A program made the translations under genes and the position numbers. A stretch of DNA of 64,000 nucleotides from IMG/VR virus record IMGVR_UViG_3300027914_001343, positions 85,167-149,166 of that record; one strand, 5' to 3'. This document shows positions 44,836 through 54,682 of the stretch, in pieces; positions within the stretch are counted from its first letter, which is position 1, and every line of letters begins with the position of its first letter. The stretch is from a virus (lineage: Duplodnaviria > Caudoviricetes). The notes below the pieces were generated by a model that saw nothing but the letters and a program-made list of their open reading frames with translations, was not told where the DNA came from and ran no database searches.

Positions 44836-45504
44836 TCACAGCGTGTTGGAAAGGTGCATGCAAGTAAGGAAAACATGCAATGTATCGGTCGACTTAACAG
44901 TAGAACCAAGAGCAGCGATACTCTCTTGTTTCACAGCACCTGTCTTAGAAATTGAGTCGTTCATCGCGTTGAAGCCCTTAAGGTCACCGCCGCGATACTT
45001 CATGAACTCAGTAAGACAGTTGTCAAGATTCTTAGCAGCAAGAATCTGGAGTTCAGGATAGGAAATCTTACTGCCCTTGGACGCCCCAGTAGGTTGACCG
45101 CTCATGTCATCAATAGACTTGTTGTTTTCAGGAATGCTGATCTTTTTTGTGAGAAGCTGCGCTTGTCGACGCAGAGGAAGATCAACAATCAAATACTTAA
45201 TCGGTGAGAGATACGGCGGTGTATCGTCACCAGCGCGCAACCAGATGCGTTCAAAGAACTCATGACCAAGCTCTTCTGCAATCTTCAGATTACGACTGAC
45301 TTCAAGCTGTGTCTTACCGAAGTTAGGAGCGATCAAAGAAAGCTCCTGCTCGCCAGTTTCCAGACGTGTCATGAAGTCATCGAATTCTTTATCCGACAAC
45401 TTACTCATGTAATCGTCCCAGAGTTTAGTGTTGTCGCTACCAGGTAAAAGCTTCTCGATATATTCGAGAATGAAAGCTTCTGCTTTCTTTCTATTTCCTG
45501 CCAT
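44836..45504 (-). CDS. virion RNA polymerase beta-like subunit, C-terminal part (gp149-like)
   Basis: 'SGQPTGASKGSKISYPE' and 'EFMKYRGGD' match the RpoB C-terminal QP..G...GG.R.GEME and E.L..KSDD region. Confidence 0.85.
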   Translation of the reverse strand: MAGNRKKAEAFILEYIEKLLPGSDNTKLWDDYMSKLSDKEFDDFMTRLETGEQELSLIAPNFGKTQLEVSRNLKIAEELGHEFFERIWLRAGDDTPPYLSPIKYLIVDLPLRRQAQLLTKKISIPENNKSIDDMSGQPTGASKGSKISYPELQILAAKNLDNCLTEFMKYRGGDLKGFNAMNDSISKTGAVKQESIAALGSTVKSTDTLHVFLTCMHLSNTL

Positions 45505-45526
45505 TTTTTACTTTCCTCTTAGGGGA

Positions 45527-45550
45527 CATAAGTCCGCAACTAGTGCGGAC
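45527..45550 (-). terminator. hairpin-TATG element
   Basis: Minus strand: GTCCGCA ctagt TGCGGAC t TATGTC. Confidence 0.6.
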
Positions 45551-45561
45551 CTACGTGAAGT

Positions 45562-45900
45562 TTATTCAGCCGGAGTTTCAGCATGCTCCATGATCTTCGG
45601 AATCACGCCGTCTTCGAGCAGACGATACCAGTCATGGATGGTGCCTTGTTCAACCAGACAGAAACGAGCGTCCTTGGTATCGGAAGGCATACCAGCAATA
45701 ACAAGACGCAATTGGCGGTTCACGAGGAAACGCTGGATGTCCTGATTGGTGTCTTCTTTCAGGGCATCTTCGTTGAGCTTGGAATACTTGCTTTCACGCC
45801 AGAACGAAGGATTCGGATGACCTGCATTCTTCAGTGCCTCATCGACGAGGTCAGCAACACATTCGTTATCAGCAATGACACGTTGTACTTTTTGATTCAT
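45562..45900 (-). CDS. hypothetical protein
   Basis: 112 aa with RBS. Confidence 0.7.
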   Translation of the reverse strand: MNQKVQRVIADNECVADLVDEALKNAGHPNPSFWRESKYSKLNEDALKEDTNQDIQRFLVNRQLRLVIAGMPSDTKDARFCLVEQGTIHDWYRLLEDGVIPKIMEHAETPAE

Positions 45901-46009
45901 TTTGTTTTCCCCACAGGAGTTGTTACTAAGTTACACCCCGAGCACTGGGGTTCGTAATATGGATATACGCAGTAAAAACTGCAAACTTATTCAAAAGATT
46001 AGTTTCCAG

Positions 46010-46036
46010 CATAGTGGGAGGTCCGAAGACCTCCCA
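46010..46036 (-). terminator. hairpin-TATG element
   Basis: Minus strand: TGGGAGGTC ttcg GACCTCCCA c TATGC. Confidence 0.72.
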
Positions 46037-46040
46037 AATA

Positions 46041-46286
46041 TTACGCTTTCTTGTCAGCAGCTTTTGTGGGAGAAGAGGTTGCCTTAGCTTGTGTTTCATA
46101 CTTTTCAAGCTTCTCCTGCAAGCGCCTGATTTCGTCTTGCAGCTGAGACAACTGAATTTCAGCAATTCGCAACATCCCGCTTTGCTGAGCGACAGTATCG
46201 AGCAGACGACCATTTTCCTGACGATACGACGCCATCATTGCCCTGGAAGCTTCTTCTTCGATATTGAACTGTTTCTGGTCTTGCAT
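46041..46286 (-). CDS. small coiled-coil protein
   Basis: 81 aa, heptad pattern, AGGGG RBS. Confidence 0.65.
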   Translation of the reverse strand: MQDQKQFNIEEEASRAMMASYRQENGRLLDTVAQQSGMLRIAEIQLSQLQDEIRRLQEKLEKYETQAKATSSPTKAADKKA

Positions 46287-46354
46287 CTTAATATTCCCCT
46301 GTTAGGTTACTAGCCAATTACAAAAAATGTAAAAAGACTAGTAACTTTTTACAG

Positions 46355-46696
46355 TTATTCCACAGTCGCAGTATTCGCAGCGGCCAGACGTTCGTCGCGT
46401 TGTTTTGCTGCGAAGATATAATGACTGTGGAGCAAAACATAGACGTCACGCATTTTGGCGGTTTCACCAGTAGCTTCGCCTGTTTCAGGGTTCAGGATAG
46501 GAAATTCCTGATCAGGATCAAATTCAGTAGAAAGCATGCCGACATCACGAACAACTTTGTCCGAACTATCGATAAGAACAATTTCTTGCTCAGCATACGA
46601 CACATACGGAGTGCGGCCGTAAGGATTTTCCACAATTACGCGCTGGGCGCGCCACCAGCGACTACCCGAAACTGTTGATGCTTTATAATCAGACAT
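46355..46696 (-). CDS. tail-fibre-associated protein (chaperone-like)
   Basis: 113 aa directly downstream of the fibre gene; AGGAG RBS. Confidence 0.6.
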   Translation of the reverse strand: MSDYKASTVSGSRWWRAQRVIVENPYGRTPYVSYAEQEIVLIDSSDKVVRDVGMLSTEFDPDQEFPILNPETGEATGETAKMRDVYVLLHSHYIFAAKQRDERLAAANTATVE

Positions 46697-46713
46697 AACT
46701 AAACTCCTGTGAA

Positions 46714-48813
46714 TTAAAGTCGAAGCAGTGTGGTGGTTCGGACGTTAAGACCGAGTCCACTAGTATTTACACATTTACAACCAATACTTCCGCCACCCTT
46801 GTTATATGTTCGCGTAATTGTTCCGCCGCCATAAACTTGCTGACCTGAGATAACGAATGGTTGACCATTGAAAGCTACGCAGAGGATATCTACAAATCCT
46901 TCATACCCGTTATCACCATTAACCATGATGAACGCCGATTGAGAATCCCCTACAACATTTTCAATGATGCCCCATGTGTCGTTTTCCAAATAAACAGAAC
47001 CAGACTGTAGTCTGGCAGCATTACTAAAACGAATAGAGGTATCTGATTGAATACCAGATACACCATCATCGCTTACTGAATCACCAAACAAAACCCTGTT
47101 GTTAAATTGCAGAACGCCATCTGGTTTCAGTTCAGCAGCCTTTATTTTGTTAGTTGAATTACCGACGAAAATCCGGATACCTGCACTAACTGTATTGTCA
47201 AGATTAATGGGAGCCGAAATATCCAGGTAGTCAATGTTTTTATTGGCGTCGTAATCACCGCTTAAGACATTAGACCTTCTGCCGTTCCAGATACCCAGTT
47301 CACTAATTTGTGTTTTAGCCAAAGTCCAGTAAAAACCATTTGGTGCATCAGGATTCATCTTACCAAAACTAGCGAAGTTGTTTAGGTTATCCCTTGCGCC
47401 AAAATCAAGATAACGATTCGAAATACCAGCGTCCCACCTACCTTTGATCATTGGACCAAACCCAGGACCAGAAAGAACATCTATTTCTTTTTGATGCGCA
47501 TCGTAATAGATACCATGCTTCGTTACCAGATGTTTGAAAGCCCCACTGGATGTAACTTCTAATGCACCGTGCACATACTTACGATTTGACATCCCATTAA
47601 GATTGTTCCCAAGATACAGCAAAGGAGATAACGTTGGTTGCGAACCTTCAGCGACTACAGTTAGTTGATGATCAATAAAACCCATCCCTGAACCTGATGT
47701 GCTAAGAGTCACAGAAAACTCATTAGCAACAACATTTAGCCAAATGTATTTGTGAGTCCCGCCGGCAGAACAGAAGCTACCAACAAAGTTGACTTTAGTG
47801 TTGTAAGACTGATGAATAACGTCAAGAACACCCTGGTCGCTAAACCAAGTCGCAGCTGATCTGATAAGAAGAACTTCTTCGTGATTTTGAGACGTAAGGG
47901 TAACATTTATTTCACAGTTGTGAATAACGTCAAGTTTCCCGACACAGACCCAATAATTGCCAATAGGTACTGTGGTTTCTCCGGACGCATGTAAACCTAG
48001 ATTAAATCGCCCTTCATGTGCATTAGGTAGAGAGAAAGCTGTTGTTGCGCGAACTCCGTTAGAGCTTTGGATATTGTTAACTCCGTCGTCCGCATAAACC
48101 CACGGACCAGCAATCAAACGACCGGCCCGTGTTATCCTTACCTTAGTATTGTTGAAACCAACCGCTGTGTCGCCTGTCTCAAAACAAATACCGTTGGAAT
48201 GGAAAAGAGTAAGGTACTTGAAGTTACCGTTGTCCCCAGTAATCCCGCCGGCCTGACTTTCTTCCATCGGGAAGAGTAATTTACAATAAGCTGAAGTTAA
48301 GCTTAAGTCACCACCCGCGCTAACAATCAATTTATTGTGGTTAGGGAGGTTGAATATTGTATTTAAGTCATTAGAATTGGCGCTGTTCAGAATACTGGCT
48401 CCGAACTCATTTACGTCCTTACCGTGTACTTTGAAACCGTTTTCAAAATTCACATGTTTCTTGAAATCGATCTCGTTACTCGTGCTTAATTTCATCACGA
48501 GATCATTATTTACGAAGAATTCCAGTGGGGATTCGCTTGTGGTGCCTAACTGAAATGGAGCATTCGCGCCATTACGCACTCTTCGCATAAAAGCTTTCAG
48601 TACGCCAGAATCAATAATACCAAAACCAGCGATAGTGTTTTCGCTTACATCACCATCGTTCTGTGCGTAAATATACGTGGCTTCTGTTTGGTCTTTGTGT
48701 ACAAGTGCAAGACCGCTATGCGCCCAAAGACCACTAGTGCTGGGATTAGCATTGTTTGTTTTTGATTGCTTAATATCAGCCAAGATAAGTTTCAGTTCCG
48801 CGAGCTTACTCAT
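46714..48813 (-). CDS. tail fibre / receptor-binding protein
   Basis: 699 aa, G/N/S-rich; 'RITRAGRLIAG...DDGVNNIQ' and 'RVLFG..SDDGVSGIQ' fibre motifs; AGGAG RBS. Confidence 0.75.
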   Translation of the reverse strand: MSKLAELKLILADIKQSKTNNANPSTSGLWAHSGLALVHKDQTEATYIYAQNDGDVSENTIAGFGIIDSGVLKAFMRRVRNGANAPFQLGTTSESPLEFFVNNDLVMKLSTSNEIDFKKHVNFENGFKVHGKDVNEFGASILNSANSNDLNTIFNLPNHNKLIVSAGGDLSLTSAYCKLLFPMEESQAGGITGDNGNFKYLTLFHSNGICFETGDTAVGFNNTKVRITRAGRLIAGPWVYADDGVNNIQSSNGVRATTAFSLPNAHEGRFNLGLHASGETTVPIGNYWVCVGKLDVIHNCEINVTLTSQNHEEVLLIRSAATWFSDQGVLDVIHQSYNTKVNFVGSFCSAGGTHKYIWLNVVANEFSVTLSTSGSGMGFIDHQLTVVAEGSQPTLSPLLYLGNNLNGMSNRKYVHGALEVTSSGAFKHLVTKHGIYYDAHQKEIDVLSGPGFGPMIKGRWDAGISNRYLDFGARDNLNNFASFGKMNPDAPNGFYWTLAKTQISELGIWNGRRSNVLSGDYDANKNIDYLDISAPINLDNTVSAGIRIFVGNSTNKIKAAELKPDGVLQFNNRVLFGDSVSDDGVSGIQSDTSIRFSNAARLQSGSVYLENDTWGIIENVVGDSQSAFIMVNGDNGYEGFVDILCVAFNGQPFVISGQQVYGGGTITRTYNKGGGSIGCKCVNTSGLGLNVRTTTLLRL

Positions 48814-48883
48814 AGCGGTCTCCTAATAAAAAATTAAACCAGTCAGATAATTCGTCTTCCTATTAATAAAAAATACTTTACGG

Positions 48884-48917
48884 CAAAAATGGGAGGCCGA
48901 AGCCTCCCATTTTTTTG
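48884..48917 (-). terminator. intrinsic terminator (possibly bidirectional)
   Basis: AAAAATGGGAGGC cgaa GCCTCCCATTTTT. Confidence 0.8.
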
Positions 48918-48936
48918 TTGTGGCGTAAACCGAAGT

Positions 48937-49863
48937 TTACAGAGCTTGCCACCAAGCAACCAGGTCTTCGTTGGTGTCGCCCAGGTTGAGGTATTGCTGC
49001 ATTGCTGCAACAGTACCACCGATGAGCATCCACTGACCCCAGACCGGGCCGAGGGCCGATTGCTGACGCATCACGATACCGGCCGGCGTAGCGATCAGTT
49101 GGTAGAAGAGGCCGGTGTCAGCGTACGGCAGAACCAGGATCGAGCCAGTGGTGGCCGAAATACCAGTCGTACCGAAGGTAACGTTGGCATTCAGGAAATG
49201 CACGCCCTTGGTCAGCAGAGCATCCAGAGCAGCAGAAGAATCAACACTACCGTTGACCAGCAGTGCCTTGGACAGGTCGGCGCTGTTGTTACCAATCAAA
49301 GTCAGCAGGTTGTCGAGCTGAGTCTGGTCACCAGCCAGTTCATCTTGCAGTTCTTTCAGCGTGTCGTAAGCGGCCGAAGCGCCACCCAGGATTTCATCCT
49401 TGGTAGCTTGAGCAGTTGCTTGGATCACAGACTGGGTCTTGCTCGAAGACCAGACGCTGGTGGTGGAGATTTCGGTATCTTTGATCAGGCCGTCTGCGTA
49501 ATCTTGAGCGGCTTCAGCGGCAGCCATAGCTGCATCAATGCCTGCTTGCAGAGTGGTGGCCTTGCCATCAACATACGTGCGCAGTGCGGTATCAGCGGCC
49601 GACAGCAAACCTTCGATCTTGGTAGACGAGTAGGTGGTTTCCAGACTTGCAGCTGCGTCGTCGATGACGTCGGTCGAAGCAGCATCAATTGCTTCTTGCT
49701 TGGCAGCGGCGATCAGGTCAGCGATTTTGGTGCTCGAATACGTAGTCGTAGCCGAAACAGATGCGTCATCGATCGTAGCCTTAGCTTGGATAAGAGTGGC
49801 CAGATTGCGGATACTTGTTTTGATATCCGACAGAATGACCTTAAGTTGGTCTTGATGAAACAT
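48937..49863 (-). CDS. fibre-like virion protein with internal repeats
   Basis: ATG 49863; three I-D/K-D...Y/W-SS-x-K repeats; 'ILGGASAAYDTLKEL' tail-fibre motif. Confidence 0.7.
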   Translation of the reverse strand: MFHQDQLKVILSDIKTSIRNLATLIQAKATIDDASVSATTTYSSTKIADLIAAAKQEAIDAASTDVIDDAAASLETTYSSTKIEGLLSAADTALRTYVDGKATTLQAGIDAAMAAAEAAQDYADGLIKDTEISTTSVWSSSKTQSVIQATAQATKDEILGGASAAYDTLKELQDELAGDQTQLDNLLTLIGNNSADLSKALLVNGSVDSSAALDALLTKGVHFLNANVTFGTTGISATTGSILVLPYADTGLFYQLIATPAGIVMRQQSALGPVWGQWMLIGGTVAAMQQYLNLGDTNEDLVAWWQAL

Positions 49864-49962
49864 GGTTATCCCCTTGTAGGAGTTAATTATGGAAAGAGCA
49901 GCACTTTCACAGGGACTATGCTCATCTGATATGGTAAAAAAAAATACTGTAAACACTTACGG

Positions 49963-49994
49963 CATAAATGGGTGGTCTAAACCACCCATTTATG
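49963..49994. terminator. two-sided CATA-hairpin-TATG element
   Basis: Perfect CATAAATGGGTGGT ctaa ACCACCCATTTATG. Confidence 0.78.
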
Positions 49995-50003
49995 TTTTCT
50001 TAC

Positions 50004-50225
50004 TTACCAAGCTTTAGAGAACCTACCGGACTCAACGAACGACTTTGGCAACATTCGATTCTTGCCGTTACGTTCCAGACGATAGTAGGACTTATAGGGA
50101 TCAACACCAAAAGTGATTATTGGGTCTTTACTCATAAAGTCGATTTCGCCAAGATACTTAACTACAAAAACTTCGCCAGACGCCAAATGCGCGATCTTTT
50201 CACCATCTTGAAATGACCGTCGCAT
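50004..50225 (-). CDS. small hypothetical protein
   Basis: 73 aa starting 2 nt after the uvsX stop. Confidence 0.55.
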   Translation of the reverse strand: MRRSFQDGEKIAHLASGEVFVVKYLGEIDFMSKDPIITFGVDPYKSYYRLERNGKNRMLPKSFVESGRFSKAW

Positions 50226-50227
50226 GT

Positions 50228-51658
50228 TTATTGCTCGATTTGAACTGGCGGATTCTTCATCCAGAACGGAACGTAAAGTTTCTTACGCATCCGGAGAAGG
50301 TCCATAGTACTGAGGAAAGGAGGCAAGCCTTCTTCATCAGTGGTCCACCAACCGCGTGTATCGAGTAGTTCGTCCCAATTGTAACCAAGTGCTTTCAGAT
50401 CATCATACAGCTCCTTAGGAGAGCAGAGCAGATTGCTACAATCCTCATCATGCCAGAGATAAGACATTTGACACATTTCAGATGTGATGTTCAGTGCGCG
50501 CCGCAAACGAGCATCTTCGTCAATCTTCGATCGAATAGTTGTCCGACTGAGTTTGACATCAGGATAGATCGCCAGACTATAGTTGATGTTGTTACCTTCA
50601 AACCCATAGGCTTGGTGTTCACGGAGGTGATGGAACTCAGTGAGACTTGGAAGAACACCTTCTGACTGCGACACGATCAAAGTAAAGTCCATGCCGGAAG
50701 GACCAGACTTACCACGCAACAAACGAACCTTCACTTCGTTTAGGTCAGTGTCAAGTCTGAGCTTGTCATTGCTGTCACGAGGATAGAGCGGACCATTCTT
50801 ATCGGCAGCCATCAGCGGTGTGGCGTTGAAAGCGTGCCAGCAGTTGTGAGTAACAAACGTGAATTTATCAGTCACGCCCTTGATCTTGTCACCATTCTTC
50901 AAATGCTTGAGTTTGGTAATCGGTACACTGCCGGCAGGACCTGCGTTCTGCATTGTGCTTTCTTTACCGATGTGAGCAGTCATCAGCATGAAGTTCGACG
51001 AACCACCGTTCAAGCCAGGGGCTTCCATAAGCAAACGAGTCTTAGCAAGACCTTGACGCATGTGGATAGTATTGCCGCCAGATTCGCCGAGTTCATTGTC
51101 ACCCTGCATTTCTGCAACATCATCAGTTTCAAATTCAGTGAAGCTATCGACTTCAGAGAAAGTAGGTACAAGAATCTGAAGAGGTCCGCTGCGAGTACGA
51201 TTCCAGAAGGGAGTATCGACCGTCAACGACTTAGCGTTCTTTTGCTTATTACGCAGGAACTCACGGAATTCTTCGTACCACTTATTGCCGCTATAAATAG
51301 TCTTGTCAGTAATAACCCAGCGACCAGAAGCAATGATGTCTTCGCCACCAAATTCACGAATATTAGCGACCATCTTCTTCAAGTGGAATTCTTGCATGTT
51401 CACTTCAGTATCGTAAGTGCCGCCAGTCGAATATTTGATACGCGACATAGCTGTCAAAAACATGAAGTGCAAAATAGTGGACTTAAAGTTATTACCGATG
51501 CCGACCACACCAGTAAAGTAAGCAAGCCCGCCATTCAGAATTCGTTCACCGCGACGACCTTCAAGAAAAGTACCAGTCGGAATATCGAAAAGAGCGCCGA
51601 TATTGATCATTACTTTTACAGGAGGTGCTGCAGTGAGTGTTTGTCTCAGAAGTTCCAT
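50228..51658 (-). CDS. uvsX: RecA/UvsX-like recombinase (gp152-like)
   Basis: Walker A GIGNNFKS, DTE, VDSF Walker B, RGKSGPSG; GAGG RBS. Confidence 0.9.
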   Translation of the reverse strand: MELLRQTLTAAPPVKVMINIGALFDIPTGTFLEGRRGERILNGGLAYFTGVVGIGNNFKSTILHFMFLTAMSRIKYSTGGTYDTEVNMQEFHLKKMVANIREFGGEDIIASGRWVITDKTIYSGNKWYEEFREFLRNKQKNAKSLTVDTPFWNRTRSGPLQILVPTFSEVDSFTEFETDDVAEMQGDNELGESGGNTIHMRQGLAKTRLLMEAPGLNGGSSNFMLMTAHIGKESTMQNAGPAGSVPITKLKHLKNGDKIKGVTDKFTFVTHNCWHAFNATPLMAADKNGPLYPRDSNDKLRLDTDLNEVKVRLLRGKSGPSGMDFTLIVSQSEGVLPSLTEFHHLREHQAYGFEGNNINYSLAIYPDVKLSRTTIRSKIDEDARLRRALNITSEMCQMSYLWHDEDCSNLLCSPKELYDDLKALGYNWDELLDTRGWWTTDEEGLPPFLSTMDLLRMRKKLYVPFWMKNPPVQIEQ

Positions 51659-51745
51659 GTTATCCTCGTTTATGGAGTAGTCATGTTATGTTAAGCACTA
51701 GTAAATTTTTTCTAGTTATTTTTCTGTCAAATAAAGGATTTCAAA

Positions 51746-52564
51746 ATGGACCCGATTAACGAGCTCAGACTTCATAACGAGATCGTGGCTTTGGAGGCTT
51801 TCGCTCTCCCGAATATTCGTGATCTCGTTAGCCGTATCCTGCCGGGTATTGTTAACAACTTCAACAGTTTTGTTGGTGGGTTATCTGCTTCTGATACCGG
51901 CATTCCTCTTTCCAGTAAGAACCGCGACTTCTTGAAGTTTATCGATAAGCATCGCTACGTCGATCTCGCGCCGATTACGTCTTATGTGCCGGAAGGCCTG
52001 AACGTTCCGTACCTCGATTTCGCTGTGCATCTGAATGGTGCTGTCGATTACGTGCTTCCTCTTCCTGAAACCCTCAACAAGTTCTCTACGTTCTTGGCTG
52101 TTCTGCTCACCAATCGCGATGAGCAAATGAGCACTAAGGACAAGCACGCTGAGTACCAGAAATACGAACAAGACCGCCTGCTTCTTATCAAGGACATTGG
52201 TCGTTGTTTCAAGCCAGGCAGTACGGTAGCAGAAGTTTCTTATGGTGCCGTGGTAAAGCGCAATAGTGACTGGGAGCATGTGCTTGGTTACACCGAGTAC
52301 TTTGCAGCCAAGATCAATGAAATTAACCGTAAACAATTGAATGACAAGGTCAAGGAAATCGCTGGTTACCTTGATAAACTTCTCGAACAGCATAAGAAGG
52401 GTAATCTTTCGAATGTTACTCCGGAAGTCTTTACTGAGCTTTCTTACGGTACGTACCAAATGGCGCGGGCGTTGGAATTCTTCTCTGTTGTTTACTTCCG
52501 CGTTCTCGGTTTTAACGAGAGCGTGAACAAGACCATCGCAAACGTGATGACTGTAATGGAATAA
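51746..52564 (+). CDS. head/virion protein (gp153-like)
   Basis: 272 aa with N-terminal ALE protease motif; divergent from uvsX. Confidence 0.7.
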   Translation: MDPINELRLHNEIVALEAFALPNIRDLVSRILPGIVNNFNSFVGGLSASDTGIPLSSKNRDFLKFIDKHRYVDLAPITSYVPEGLNVPYLDFAVHLNGAVDYVLPLPETLNKFSTFLAVLLTNRDEQMSTKDKHAEYQKYEQDRLLLIKDIGRCFKPGSTVAEVSYGAVVKRNSDWEHVLGYTEYFAAKINEINRKQLNDKVKEIAGYLDKLLEQHKKGNLSNVTPEVFTELSYGTYQMARALEFFSVVYFRVLGFNESVNKTIANVMTVME

Positions 52565-52572
52565 TCCAGCGT

Positions 52573-52605
52573 CATAATTGGCCAGGCAAGAGCCTGGCCA
52601 ATATG
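52573..52605. terminator. two-sided CATA-hairpin-TATG element
   Basis: CATA a TTGGCCAGGC aaga GCCTGGCCAA TATG. Confidence 0.8.
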
Positions 52606-52613
52606 CTCGTATT

Positions 52614-53027
52614 TCAAATCCCGAAAACATCTTGACGATGATGGATAAGCTTAGAAAGATCAGCCCGCAAGGAAGTCTCGTCGTACCGCATCCAGCGTGG
52701 GGCGCAATCAAGGATGCGCTGACTAAAAGACTCAACAGCCTTCTCGGGAAATCTTTCTTTTCTAACAAGGCACACAGCGATCTGGTTAAGTGATTGATCC
52801 TGCCAAATCACTTTATTGAGCATCATCGGAACTTGAGCCGCACCAGGCGTGGAAGATAGCCCAAGTAATTCATTCAGTTTCCGAATTGTCTCAACGTCCA
52901 GCTCGCGTGTTTCTTTTATCCTGGTAGACAAAGAAACCATGAACAGCAGTCTCTTCGTGTGCACCGGCAATACATTTTCAAGGATTCGTGAACCGAGATC
53001 CTTAAGACGTTTAAAAAGTGTGCTCAT
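52614..53027 (-). CDS. hypothetical protein
   Basis: 137 aa, GAGG RBS. Confidence 0.7.
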   Translation of the reverse strand: MSTLFKRLKDLGSRILENVLPVHTKRLLFMVSLSTRIKETRELDVETIRKLNELLGLSSTPGAAQVPMMLNKVIWQDQSLNQIAVCLVRKERFPEKAVESFSQRILDCAPRWMRYDETSLRADLSKLIHHRQDVFGI

Positions 53028-53092
53028 CAGAAAAGTCCTCTGTACAACTAAATGGGAAGTGTTACCTCCCCATGCTAGTTAATTAACATCTG

Positions 53093-54619
53093 TTAGGTAT
53101 TTGTAACAACACGCAGGTTGGAGTAAACACCAGCCCAGATACCAACACCGCTATCTGTTTGAACAACTGTGGCATAACGGAAGATCGTCTCAGATTCCAT
53201 CCAACTAATCAAACTTACCTTGGGATTGTCTTCTTCGATACGCTTAAAGGAATTACGATCCAATGAGTCGATACCGAGTGTGATGGTCACCTTGGCTTGC
53301 TTGGTAGCATCGCCGGCCTTATAATTAGCTAGGACATCCATAGCTGCAAACCCTACGTTGTATTCGGGCTTGAGTTTGGTGATACTTGTGGTCACACCTG
53401 CTTTAGATGTTTTCGCAGTAGTCTCATACAAGATAGGTGTCAGATCGGTAACTGCGATCAGAGAACTATTCTCGAGGAACAAATCCAGCTTTCGAGAAAG
53501 TTCAATAAGTGAATCCACCGCCCTCATTGCGATTCTTGCCGGACGAAGTTCGCGTACCATCGGCTCGTCATCAATGCAGATCATGTCGAGTCGATAAGGA
53601 TTAGGACGCCGGATAGCGCCTTCACCATAGCTAGTTAAACTAGCATAAGTATCGCCTCGATAAATCTTGTCAACCAAGATCATTGCGAGGCTGTCTTCGC
53701 CCTTGGCTTCTTTGCAAACAAAGTTCCGAATTGTTTCGACAACTGGGTCTGGTTTCTTAAGACGAATAACAGAATATCCACCATCGGAAATACGTTTACC
53801 AAGATGTTCATCGTCAGTACCGTGTTCACCGAGATGATAATTACCCGGACTACAATGCTCAGGAAGCGTATTGAAGTACATCCGACGATTCATCATGAAT
53901 GGATGTCTTTCAACATCCTTCTTCCAGTAACCGTCAGCTGCGCTGATATTCACTTCGTTTCGGAACTCACCCTTAGAAGACAAGATTACGCCGATGGTAG
54001 CTAATCTGTCAGCCAATTCGTTACCGAGATGATCGTTGTGGCCCTTGATCCATTCGATGCGAACGATTACACCGCGTTCCAGCAAGCGACGACGTGCTTC
54101 AATAAGTCGTTTCCATTCGCTGACATTCGCAACGTTCTGTCCATCGGATTTGATCCAGTTGTTACGTTGCCAGGATTCTACCCAGCCGTTGATACCATCA
54201 ACAACGTATTTACTGTCGGCCCAAATCTGAACCACCTTGACATCGTAATTGAAAGCCGTTTCCAGTGCCGAAGCAGCACCAAGCAATTCAGCAATGTTGT
54301 TGGTGTTTGCACCAGGCAGAGAACCATTACCATCAAAGTAGAGTTCCGGCGTGACTTCGAACGGCTTGTTATTGGCGTTCTTTGCGTTGCTGGTGTAGAC
54401 CTGCCATTCCTTTTCAGAAATTTCAACACCCTTACCTTTAAAGGCAGAAGCAAGAACATAGCCGGCGGTGGTTACAACGTGGTCTGGTTTTCCAGTACCG
54501 CGCTTTGGTGCTGCCAAATTGAACAGGTAGCCATGAAAACCCCAACCAGAAGGACCCGGATTAGGTTTGCTGCCGCCGTCGGTATAAAAAATAATACCAC
54601 GAGTTTCTTTTGTGTCCAT
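53093..54619 (-). CDS. rnh: RNase H with long C-terminal extension (gp155-like)
   Basis: YTDGGSKPNPG, TNNIAEL, ADSKYVVDG, WIKGHNDHLGNELADRLA. Confidence 0.93.
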   Translation of the reverse strand: MDTKETRGIIFYTDGGSKPNPGPSGWGFHGYLFNLAAPKRGTGKPDHVVTTAGYVLASAFKGKGVEISEKEWQVYTSNAKNANNKPFEVTPELYFDGNGSLPGANTNNIAELLGAASALETAFNYDVKVVQIWADSKYVVDGINGWVESWQRNNWIKSDGQNVANVSEWKRLIEARRRLLERGVIVRIEWIKGHNDHLGNELADRLATIGVILSSKGEFRNEVNISAADGYWKKDVERHPFMMNRRMYFNTLPEHCSPGNYHLGEHGTDDEHLGKRISDGGYSVIRLKKPDPVVETIRNFVCKEAKGEDSLAMILVDKIYRGDTYASLTSYGEGAIRRPNPYRLDMICIDDEPMVRELRPARIAMRAVDSLIELSRKLDLFLENSSLIAVTDLTPILYETTAKTSKAGVTTSITKLKPEYNVGFAAMDVLANYKAGDATKQAKVTITLGIDSLDRNSFKRIEEDNPKVSLISWMESETIFRYATVVQTDSGVGIWAGVYSNLRVVTNT

Positions 54620-54682
54620 GATACATCCTTGTAGTGTCTACAAAGAATTCTGCTAGTGAATAAAAAAAAAATGCCATCGGAT

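Noticed and set aside
46355-49863. Diversity-generating retroelement or invertible fibre switch
   Set aside because: No reverse transcriptase, invertase or template/variable repeat pair seen in the window.
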